A stretch of DNA of 64,000 nucleotides, from positions 1 through 64,000 of the forward strand of contig CALSCO010000113.1 in assembly GCA_943704415.1 (NCBI GenBank), given 5' to 3'. The notes under the pieces were generated by a model. The model did not search any database, was not told the DNA's origin, and worked only from the letters and a program-made list of their open reading frames with translations. This document shows positions 51,155 through 60,951 of this stretch, piece by piece; the stretch's first letter is position 1; every line of letters starts with the position of its first letter. Source of the DNA: Parvularia atlantis. Lineage: Eukaryota. Made by a program: the position numbers and the translations under genes.

Positions 51155-53981
51155 GCACACACGCCCACAACGCGCACCTGCCATGGCCGCGGCGTGCAGG
51201 GCCTCGAGGCACTCGGTCAGCGTGTACATCGACGAGGACGTGGCGGGCGCGTGCCCGCTGCTCCGGTTGAGCGCGAGCCGGATCCACGCCTGGCACAGCA
51301 GCGAGTCGTCGCTCGGCAGGTCGAGCGACTGCAAGTACGCCGTGTCGTCCCTGATCACCCGGCGCGTCAGCACAAGCAGCGCGACGCTACTCGGCGCACT
51401 TGGGGATCATCGGCTTAAGCACGGCGTCCCAGAAGACCGCGCGCCGGGCCGCGCCGCGGAACAGCGAGAAGGCGTCCGGCGCCGTCCCAAAGCCGTGCTT
51501 GAGGCACAGCTCTATCCGCTCCGCGAGGTTCTCGACGGCTGCGCGCGCACATTGCCCGTCAGCGCCATCCGTCCGCGCACACAAGACGGCGCGCACCGGG
51601 TGTCAGTTCGCCCACCGTCACGAGCGACTTGCTGGCACGACTGGGCTCGCTGTCCGGCCCACCCGCCCGTACGGTCTTGGGGATGAGCCCGTGCAGCTTC
51701 TGCGCTCGGACGGCTCCATGAGATGCCGTGGCGCACAACGCAGCCCGCCCGCACCTGCACGGCCATCTGCAGCTCGTCGCACAGCATCTGCTTGACCTGC
51801 AGCTCGCTCACGATCGTGCGCGGGTTGCGCACGGGGTTCTGCGCGGGCCATCGCGTTGGCTGCGTGACGCGTGAGGGCCGACGGACAGTGACGCACCGGA
51901 TTGCGCTGCACCAGTGCCTGCGGCAACATGAGAGACGGGCTCTTGGCGTAGACGCTCTCCTGCGTCTTCAGCACGACGTATGCGCCATATGCCTGCTCCT
52001 CTTGGTTGATCTCGCGCAGCTCGCGGAAGCTGCGATGCGCGCGTGTGACTGCTGGTCCACGCACACGCACACAGCGCACCTTGTCAAGTCGCCCACGGCA
52101 AAGCTGAAGCGGAAGCGCCGCACGCCGTGCACTTTCACCAGCGGATCGCTCTTGAGCGGCTCGAAGTAGATGCTGTGCGCGGCGGAACGGTCAGGCGGGG
52201 CCGCGAACCGGCCGGACCGCGCACGCACCGGCTGTGCGTGAACACGAGCACGCCGCTTACGTCGCCGTACGCGCTCTGGCTCTTGACTAGCTCGCGCAGC
52301 TGCACCTGGCGTGCGGGCAGCGCATGAGCGGCTCAGCGGCGCGTGGCGAGCAACGAGACGCACGAGCGCAGTCGACGTGGACGAGCGCGAGGTCCGCGCT
52401 GGCCGTGTGGCGGGCGACGTCGCCGTTGGTAATGCGGCGCGGGGCGATGCGGGCGCGTCCTCGGGCTCGTCCGCAAAGTCGTCGTTGCCGAGCTCGTCGT
52501 CGCGCAGGTAGTCGGGCACGCGGTCCTGCACGATGAACGGCGACAGGTGGCGCTTGCCGAGCTCGTTCACCTGCCTGGCGCCCGCACCCCACAGCATGAG
52601 CGCTGGACGCACGTGCGCGCTCATTGTCATCACCTTGCCAGGTCGTCGTAGTCCTCCAGCGACGTGCACAGGAACCCAAGCAGCAGCGACGGGTCGATCT
52701 GGTTGTGGCGCAGACGCAGCGGCGCATGGTTTACCTGGAAGCTGCGTAGCTTGTCCTGCACGGCGCGTGTCAGCCGCCAGCCCTGGAACGCGCCCGCCGA
52801 CGAGACACGCACCATGCCGCACGCCTTGAGGTCGGGCAGCGGCACCATCGGCTGGGTCGTGTGCGGGTCCAGGTAGTAAAAGTGCTGCGCGTCGCTGCCG
52901 AAGAAGAACATGGCCTGGTGCGCCGTCTGGCCGTTGCGGTACCTCTGCAGGCCTGCGTCCCACAGGCGTGAGCAAGGCGCGCCGCGGCCAAGCCTCGCTC
53001 GCGCACACACGCACCGAGGTTGGACCCGATGCGCGCCGCGAGCAGGTTGCCCTGCTTGGCTCCGACAAAGCCCACAAACTGCCGCATGCGAAAGTACTCG
53101 CACATGGCTGGGATATACTCGGCGTTCAGCGTGAGGCCGAGGCGCAGCGGGATCAGGATAAGCAAGCCGCGCGCGTCGCCCGCCGCATCGACGAGCTTGG
53201 CGACCTCGGAGCGGTACACGGAGCCGTCGCGGCAGAGCAGCGCGCCCGTGTCGAACGGGTGGTGCTCCTGCATGAGCGACGCGACGACCTGCGCGCACGA
53301 CGTCGGGCTGTGCCACTGGCCGACGCTCGTCTTGTAAAACTCGCCTGTGATCGCCAGCTGGTGGATCGAGTAGGGCGCGCTCGGCGCGGGCGTGTCGTGA
53401 AACCACGAGAGCATGGTGCGGTACACGCCAAAGACCTCGGCCGCGTCGGTGTCATCGCCCATAACGAGCCCCGCCACGCTCTGCTTCATCTGCAGCAGGC
53501 GCTGCGCGTAGTGCGGCCCGAGCCGTCGCCGCAACAGCGCCTCGGCGAGCAGCATCTGCGCCGAGCGCAGGACGCAGCCCCACGACGTGTCGGCCTGACG
53601 CCGATGTCAGCGCGCACCCACGTCTGATATCGCTCTCACCGCGCGTACCGTTAGGTTCGTGTGCCCGATCGGCGCGAAGCCCGAGCGGTAGCTCAGCCAC
53701 GGCCGCTGGCCGTACTCGGTCAGGAACGCCGTCGCGGCGGCGCGCTGCGCCTCGGTCCACGCCGCGCTGCCGCCTGCGCCGCCGCTTCCGCTCCCGCCTA
53801 ATCCACCGGCACCGCCGAGCAGCGTCGACGACGCGGCCTGGAAGAGCGCGAACGCGGGCGATGCGGCCGGCGCGACGAGCGTCGTGGGTGGCGTGGCCGG
53901 CGCCACGCCCAGCAGCGCTTCAGGCGGCACGTCGGCGCAAACGCGCCCTCCCGCGAAGTGCACCGTGCTGAGCGGCACCAT
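50493..53981 (-). CDS. ATG4: Atg4 cysteine protease with a C-terminal GRAM/PH-like and RUN domain extension; start uncertain
   Basis: Atg4: WLSYRSGF, DTSWGCVLRSAQMLLA, PYSIH, LIPLRLG, YLDPH, IDPSLLLGF. Phase-consistent splicing leads on to GVLVFTHSR|IYFEPLKSDPLV (OXR1-type GRAM-like) and to RUN (IELCLKHGF, FWD, AWIRLALN, YASDALMRD...LSGLALIDF). Confidence 0.8.
51078..51150 (+). repeat. (CA)n microsatellite, about 36 units, inside an intron
   Basis: Perfect CA run. Confidence 0.97.
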
Positions 53982-54027
53982 CGACTTTCGATACTGTGAC
54001 ACCGCATTAACTGGAGGGGCACCTGAT

Positions 54028-54642
54028 ATGGCGGCGAACCTTTTGATGTCGCGCCTCGTTCGTTCTCCTCGAGCGCGGCCTCGCTGTGCACGTCGGCCAC
54101 AAGCACCCGGTGTTCCCGGCGTTGACCGCGACGGTCGCCGATCGAGCGGACGCGACGGGCGAAGCGCTCTCCGCTCAGTGCGCCGACGCCGCACCGAGCG
54201 CCGCACCGAGCGCCGCACCCAGCACCTCGGTCGTCGACGGCGGCGTGGCGTGCTCGGTCTGCGGGCAGACGTTCGTCAGCAAGTTAGGTGCAGCAATTCA
54301 CATGGGCCGCGTGCATCGTCGACCGGGTGCGGCGCCGCAGCCTGCCCGCGCAGGTCGTGTTTGCGCCTGTCGTGCAGCCTGCGCCCGCGCTGCTTAGTGC
54401 CGCCATCGAGCGCATCCGCTTCGCCGTCAAGGATACGCTGCTGCGCTTCGCTCGGCCGCAGCAGGGCAACCGCGTGCGCGAGCGTGCTGGTCGCGCGCAG
54501 CTACGCCCGCGGCATGTTCACCATGTCGTTCTGCGCAACCTGCACCTCGTCGCGCACGGTGACCGCGCCCGCACCCGTGCCCGCTGCGCCTGAGCCCGCA
54601 CCCGCCGCGCCCGCGCCCCAACCGCCTAGTGTTTCTGCATGA
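54028..54642 (+). pseudogene. Disrupted C2H2 zinc-finger ORF, probably transposon-borne
   Basis: CSVCGQTFVSKLGAAIHMGRVH in ORF 54086-54397. Coding-like text continues in other frames to TGA at 54640-54642. Confidence 0.45.
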
Positions 54643-54643
54643 A

Positions 54644-56140
54644 CTACTTGGACTTGAACACAACATGATGGACGCGGTTGGTGAGGAGGGGAGGGGGTCT
54701 GTACAGGGAGCGGTTCTCCTTCTCCATCGTCGTCAGCACGGCCGACTTGCGAAGGGAACCGCCCCCGTGTGTGGTGTGGGTAAAGTAGAACGAAGCGTGT
54801 TGATGATTCTTCTTCTCAACGGGCTCGGTTGAGAGGTGGCTCAGCGGCACACCGAGCTTGGCGCACGTGCGCAAATGGTCACCGAGATGGGCGATCAGGG
54901 CATGGAGGTACGGTGTCACCGGCACAGGCGCGCCGGCGATGACTTTGTCCGTGTCCTCCATGCGGGCGGGAGCATCTTGGTCAACAGCCGGCATGGGCTG
55001 ACCGAAGACGAGATCAACGACGTGGAGGTGTGTGCACATTCGCGCATGCGGCTGAGCGCGTGCCTCACCCGTGCGCTGCATCAGAACTCTGCACGTGCCT
55101 TCCTGCGCGGCCTCGCGACGTCGGGCAGTGACCCTGGCCGCCCGTACGCGCGCGAATTGGGACACGTTCATCGTCGTTTATGACGCGGCCAAGTCCAGCT
55201 TCTGCAGCAGCGCGTACTTGGCCGGCCGGCGCAGGCTCGTCCAGTTCAGAGATCCTGTGAGACGTCAGTGCACGTGCGCGTGAATGCGTGAGCGCACCGG
55301 ACGCCGTGCCCGTCGCCTCGTCACGCGACGCCCAAAAGTTGATGGTCACACCGACATCGGCAGCGGCGGTGGTGAGGGCGGCAACTGCGGTCGCGTGGCA
55401 TGTGCGCGAACGCGTGGCGGACATGGTTGTAGTCCTTGCCGCACGCGAGCAGGGCGACGGGCAGCTGCGCGTCGGGCGTGCGGTTCATGTCGGTCCCGGT
55501 CACGATCGCGACAGTGACCATCGTGTGGGTGACCGAGCCCACGCGGCGGCCGTCGCCCGAAAACTACCCGGCGAGGTATGAGTGCACGCACAGGTCATGC
55601 GCGCGCGCACTTTCAGCAGGGGGCGCGTCGGCTTGGGTACCATGCCCCGCAGCACGTGCGTCAGCAACGGGCGCAGCGGGCGGCGCCAGGCGTCGTTTAG
55701 GCCCTCCACGCGCTATATCGGCACCGCGCGCCATCTCCTCCGTCTCGCCGCTTGCGCTCCTCGGCCACTGCGTCGCACGCGATGTTCAGCAGCGAGCAGA
55801 GTGCCGCACGCTTGTGCACCCCGATACTCGCGCGCCATTTCAGGCGTGAGCGCGGCCAGGGCGCGGTACGCGTCGCGGCTGCAGCCTGTGCTGTCCAGCA
55901 CGTGGACGGCCTTGGCGAGGCGGGCACGGGCCTCCTTGTTCTGCAAGCGTGTCTCAGAGACCAGCGCGACCAGAGCGCGCGCACGCACCGGCATGTCGTT
56001 CGGGCCAAGCGAGTGGTCGTCGTCGAACGTCATGCGCACGCGCTCGCCGGCAAAGTTGGCGTCGATGCCCAGCAGCGTGGCGTCGTCCACGGCATTGCGC
56101 TTGCAGGACTCGTTGAATGCCGCACGTGCGTCGCTGGTCA
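54644..56140 (-). pseudogene. Degenerate RAG1/Transib-like DDE transposase
   Basis: Fragments across frames: LDSTGCSRDAYRALAAL, FSGDGRRVG...MVTVAIV (first Asp), INFW, NWTSL...LLQKL, and VTPYLHALIAHL...LSTEPVEKKNH...TTHGG (resembles RAG1 TNYFHKTLAH...SEGNE). Has in-frame stops, frameshifts and an apparent deletion of the central Asp/CxxC region. Confidence 0.6.
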
Positions 56141-56945
56141 CAGAGCGCCGCACGCCCCACACGTCTTGGACGTGTACTCCTCCGTGCATGTAATCACCTC
56201 ACACCGCGGGTGCTCGCGCGACTTGTGTAGCAGCAGCATCCAAAACGTGTAGTGGGAGAGCGTGAGCAGGCGCCGCGCCGTCTTGCTCCGGATCCGCCGC
56301 GCCCCGCGCCGGACCATCTGCTGCGTCTCGAACCGCGGCAGCAGCACCACGCGGTAGTTGCGGCACAGCCACAGGGCCAGCTTGCGGTGCATCTCGTCGA
56401 CCAGGTTGCGAATCCGCTGCAGAAGGCGCCGGCCCGCGCGACGCAGTCGGTACCGCCGCCGCTTGCGCGTCTCGCGCGCATCCATCTTGCCCTGCAACTT
56501 GTCGTACGCGCGGCACAGACGGTACACCCGCCCGATGTCGCCTGGCCCCACTCGACCACGCGCCCGTCCGCGTCGTAGCCCGTCATGAACGTGCGCACGC
56601 CCAGGTCCAGCGCAATCACGCCGTGCAGTCGGCCCGGAAGACCAGCGGTTGCGGCATGCACAGGTACTGTGCGCACCAACCGCGCGTCGCACGCCTTCTT
56701 CTGGCCGTGGCTGGGGAAGACGCGCAGCTTGAGCGTCTTGAGCGGCTGCGCAGCCTCGTCCACGTCGTCGTCAGGGTTCGGCTCGTCCGCGTGCGGCTCA
56801 GACGGCGTTGTCGGCGTCTTCTTGGTGCGGCGACGCTTCTTGTGCGGCGGCTGTTGCGTCTGCACGGCGGCGGCGGCGTGGCCGTTCTGGCGCGCCACAG
56901 AGTGCGTGACGACGGCGAGGAGGTCGTGCAGTGCGTGGATGGGAC
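56138..56945 (-). pseudogene. IS607-derived Fanzor2/TnpB nuclease remnant preceded by the C-terminus of a serine-recombinase TnpA
   Basis: DLLAVVTHSVARQNG (IS607 TnpA C-terminal helix), KTLKLRVFP, RuvC-I ALDLGVRTFMTGYD, bridge helix RIRNLVDEMHRKLALWLC, LPRFETQQMV, LSHYTF, TEEYTSKTCGACG. Frameshift at about 56545. Truncated before RuvC-III. Confidence 0.88.
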
Positions 56946-57031
56946 TGGCTGTTTGCCGGCTGCGAGGGCCCGGCGGGCACGCTTACATAGGGCGGCCGGA
57001 AGTTGGATGCGCTAACGTCAGCGGGAACACT

Positions 57032-59157
57032 CTAAATGATCACTTCAAGGGTGTGCGGTCGCGGAGGCGAGGGCCGGGTCGGTCGGGGGCACGGCCGCGG
57101 GCAGCGCAGACAGGTCGATCTTGGTCGAGTGGTACTTGGCGGGCGGCAGCTCGTGGTGCAGGCTGCGCCAGACGCGGTGCCGCACCTGCGAGCGCGGTCA
57201 GCTTGTCTCGCGCGCAACTGAGCGCGCACCGTGAACACGATCGCGAGGGCGACGGCAAAGGCGCACATGGCCACGGTGATTATGAACGCCTGCCGGTAGC
57301 ACCCGTTGCCCTGCCACAACGGTCAGGACGCACGACAACGAGCACAAAGGACACGCACCGCGCAGAGCGTGCCGTCGCCCGGCGAGTGGCTGTCGTAGAT
57401 GTACCCAAAGATGAGGTTCGTGATCGGCCCGGCAACCGCGGGCGCGAGGAGCATGCTGCCCCTGTCGGTGCGCAGCGAGTCAGCGGGGGGCCAGCTGCAG
57501 CGACTGCGGCTGCGCACGCACCAGTTGGAGCCGAACGAGCGTGTGCCGAAGAGGTCACCCACGAGCGTCGGGATGAGGCAGAAGGTGCTGCCGTAGGCGA
57601 CGCCGACGAGCACTGTGACCGCGTACAGTTGCTGCACGTCGCTGGTCTGGAGCGTGTGTGAGCGCGCACACCGGTTAAACAAAGCGCCGCACACCGTCAG
57701 CGCAACGATCTGTGCGATCGTCATGAGCGACGACACGCCGATGAGGAACGCGCGCCGCGACAGGTGGAAGTCGCGCAGGTACCAGTCCGACACGACGCCC
57801 ATGATCAGGCGCCCGGCGAAGTTGCTCGCCGACAGCACGGACGCGTGCGTCGAGATGAGCACGCTGATGTCTGCGCGGCGTTCGTCACGGGCCGATTGCA
57901 CAGTCGCGGCCGCTGCGCGCACCCTCGGCCGTGTACGAGCCCGCCTGTGTCGCCAGCGACTTGATGACCGCGCTCAGGTTGTTAATGTACATCAGGCCAG
58001 ACGACGCCGACATGAACAGGACCAGGAACAGCAGCCAGTAGTCGGGTTGCTGCGGCGCGCGCGGCCTGAGCTGAACGCCGCTGCGGCCACCGAGCACGAG
58101 CGCACCCTGGCAAGCGCGAGCCCGTTGTAGTCGTGCTTCGAGTGCTGCGGCTCGTGGCGCGCGAGCACCGCGTCCTTCTTGAGGTCGGCGTGCGAGACGT
58201 CGGGCGGGCTGACGATGAGCGACTCCTGCGGCAACACGTCAGTTTCGCATCATGCAAACACGTGTTGTGCCGCGCGCGCACCCGCCGGATGTTGCGCGCC
58301 GCGGGCGAGTCGTGGTTGACTGCGAGATTGGTGAAGTGCGCGTGGATAAAGTCGGCCGAGTCGTGCAGGAGGAAGAGCGAGAGGAAGAATACGCCCGCGC
58401 CGCTGATCGCAATCATCTCGATGAACTGCGCCAGCTGCGCACTCGCGGCGCCGTTCGTGACGAACGCGTGCACGTAGATCTGCGCGCGTGTGAGCTCTCG
58501 TTGCGCGCGAGAAATACGGGCGGGTGGCGCGCGCCTGCGAGAAGACGAGCGTCGACAGGCCGAAGAGCGCCACGTGCACGCCCACGATCAGCCCGCGGCT
58601 GCTGTCGGAGAAGTTGCGAATGTTGACGGCGAGCGGGGCGCTGTCTGCACGGCGATCAGCGGCGCCACGTGGGCGCGTCCGGACGGAGCGGACGCACAGG
58701 CCGGCGCGCCGCCGATGCCCACGAGCACGTAGAAGAACGTCATGAGGCCGTAGTTGGTCGTGGCCAGGCGGCCCGCGAGCATCGCCGAGACGAGGCCGTA
58801 CGCGAGCGGCTGGATGACGAGTGCGGCGAGCATGGCCGGGATGTGTCCGCGCTTGTCAACGACGTAGCCGAAGCCCCACTGTGCGAGGTACGCGGCTGAC
58901 TGCGGCGGGACGGCGCATCAGTCGGCTGCAAGAGCGCAGCGTAGGCTCCACGACTGACTCGCCTGCCCGAGTGTGGCAATGAGCGAGAGCTCCTGCTGTC
59001 TGTAGCCAAGCTGCACGCCCATCGCAGCCATGTACGTGCCGAAGAGGTAGATCGTGCCGCCGTAGAGCATGCACAGCAGGCCGATGGCGACCGACGCGCC
59101 CTTGCGCACGGCCGCGGGCACGCGCGGCGCACGCACGTGCACGTGCGGATGCTCCAT
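57032..59157 (-). CDS. MFS transporter, nodulin-like/Mch1 (OFA-type) family
   Basis: GGTIYLFGTY, GYVVDKRG, NIRNFSDSSRGLIVG..VALFGLS, GLMYINNL, NFAGRLIMGVVSD, LVGDLFGTRSFGSNW, FGYIYD, GNGCY. Many TM segments. Confidence 0.88.
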
Positions 59158-59364
59158 CAGAGCCGCGGCCAGAAGTGAGTCAGGTCGGTTGACTCATCGC
59201 GCTGTCATCAAAGCGCTGCCATGGCATGCAGCGCGATCGCCCCAAGCGCTCTCCATGAGGGAGCACGCATGACGTTTGGTACGTCACGGCAGATGACGTA
59301 CTGCTCACTGATTGGCTGCTTCCAAAAAAGGCTATTTGCCGGAAGCGGCCGGCCCGAACGCCGC

Positions 59365-60939
59365 ATGATGGAGGGCGCGGCTCTGTCGCTCGCCAACACG
59401 CTCGCGAGCCCCGCCGCGCTGCTGCACAGCCCCTCGGCGGCCGAGGGCGTGCCGGCCGAGCTCGAGTACGACCTGCGCATCTGGGGCTGCGAGCTGATCC
59501 AGCACATGGGCCTGCACCTGCGCCTGTGCGTCTTCTTGCGATGCGCGATGCGCGTGCCCCTGGGCTGATCGGCCCGCAAACCGCCAGGCCGCAGGTGTCG
59601 ATGTGCACGGGCCAGGTCCTGTTCCAGCGCTTCTTCTACCGGCGCTCGATGCTCAAGTTTGGCGTGGAGGTACGCGGGGCTGTGTCGTGTCGCATGCGCG
59701 TCTGTAACGGCCGGGATGGCGGCGCAGGACGTAGCGATGGCGTGCATCTTTCTCGCGTCCAAGCTCGAGGAGTGCGCGCGCCGGGCCCGCGACGTGATCA
59801 ACGTGGCACAGTACCTGCGCGCACAGCGGTTACAGCAGAAGTACGAGCCGATGGACCTGATCAGCGTAGTGCGTGGCCGCCGCGCACGCCGCTTGTCGTC
59901 GGCTGAACAGAGCGCGCGCCCTTTCGCAGAAGTACGACGAGATCAAGGCCACGCTCGTCCAGACCGAGAAGCACGTGCTGAAGAACCTTGGCTTCAACGT
60001 GCACGTGCAGCAGCCGCACAAGCTCATCATCAACTTCTTCAAGCTGCTCGGCGTGGGCGAGGGTGACCCGCTCGTGCAGAAAGCGTGGAACTACATGAAC
60101 GACAGGTAAGGGCGCTGCGCCGCGGCCGGGGCCTCGCTGCCGTGCTCACGCGCGGCGCAGCTTCCGCACCAACGTGTTTGTGCGCTACCAGCCGTACGTT
60201 GTCGCGAGCGCCGTGATCATGCTCGCCGCGCGCGCGCTCAAGCGGCCGCTGCCCATGAACCCGCCCTGGTGGACCTTTTTCGACTCGTCCCTGGCCGGTG
60301 CGTGACCGGCAGGCGCCGTGTACGTCGCGGCTCAGTGGCACAGCGCAGACATGACCGACGTCTGCAAGGACATCCTCTACCTGTACACGCGCGACGTCTC
60401 GCGGCTGGACCTGCCTGTCACCGTGCCCACGCTTGTTGTGCACCTGTCCAAGCTGCCGCCGCCACCGCCCGTACCCGTGCCGCGTGAGCCGCCCGTCGTC
60501 ACGCCATCGCCCGAGCGCCGTGACGGCACACCCGCGCCCGTTGTCGAGCAGTGCGCGCGTCGTCGCGTCGTCTGCGTTTGGAAAACTCATGACGCCACGC
60601 TGCAGGTTATCGTTGCCTGTGCCGGGGCGCAACTGGGACCGTGAGCACGACGAGCGAGAGCACGACGACCGAGAGCGCAACCGTGAGCGCGACCGAGAGC
60701 GAGAGCGAGAGCGCGACCGAGACAGCGACCGCGAGCAGCAGCGCCGTAACCGCTGGGACAAGCGCGAGCGCGAGCCCGCCCCTGCGCCAGCACCACCAAC
60801 CATCCACCCGCCAGCACCGCCCGCCGAGCCACCACAGCAGCAGCAGCAGCAGCAGCAGCACCGCAGCATCTTCGAACGCCTGTCACTGCCCGGCGACGAG
60901 GACGACCTGAGAGCACGCCTGTCGCGCAAACTAGCTTAG
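59365..60939 (+). CDS. CCNL: Cyclin L
   Basis: SPSAAEGV..ELEYDLRIWGCELIQ, PQVSMCTGQVLFQRFFY, FLASKLEE, VLKNLGFNVHVQQPHK, QKAWNYMND|SFRTNVFVRY, RE/RD-rich tail. Confidence 0.96.
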
Positions 60940-60951
60940 ATCACATTGCGA

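Larger units (their letters stand above)
54000..57020. mobile_element. Composite or nested decayed transposon island; boundaries approximate
   Basis: The only region of the window with several disrupted ORFs. It lies between the intact ATG4 and MFS genes. No TIR or TSD was confidently found. Confidence 0.7.

Noticed and set aside
53990..54012. tactgtg / TTAA as the transposon left terminus
   Set aside because: No matching inverted repeat or duplicated target was found near 56140 or 57030.
56139..56902. CACAGAG direct repeat (56139-56145 and 56896-56902) as a TSD or RSS-like heptamer
   Set aside because: The second copy lies inside the TnpA remnant coding sequence rather than at the element end, and a 7-mer match is expected by chance.
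60640..60775. (GAGCGA/GACCGA)n repeat as a mobile or regulatory element
   Set aside because: It encodes the ordinary RE/RD-rich tail of cyclin L.
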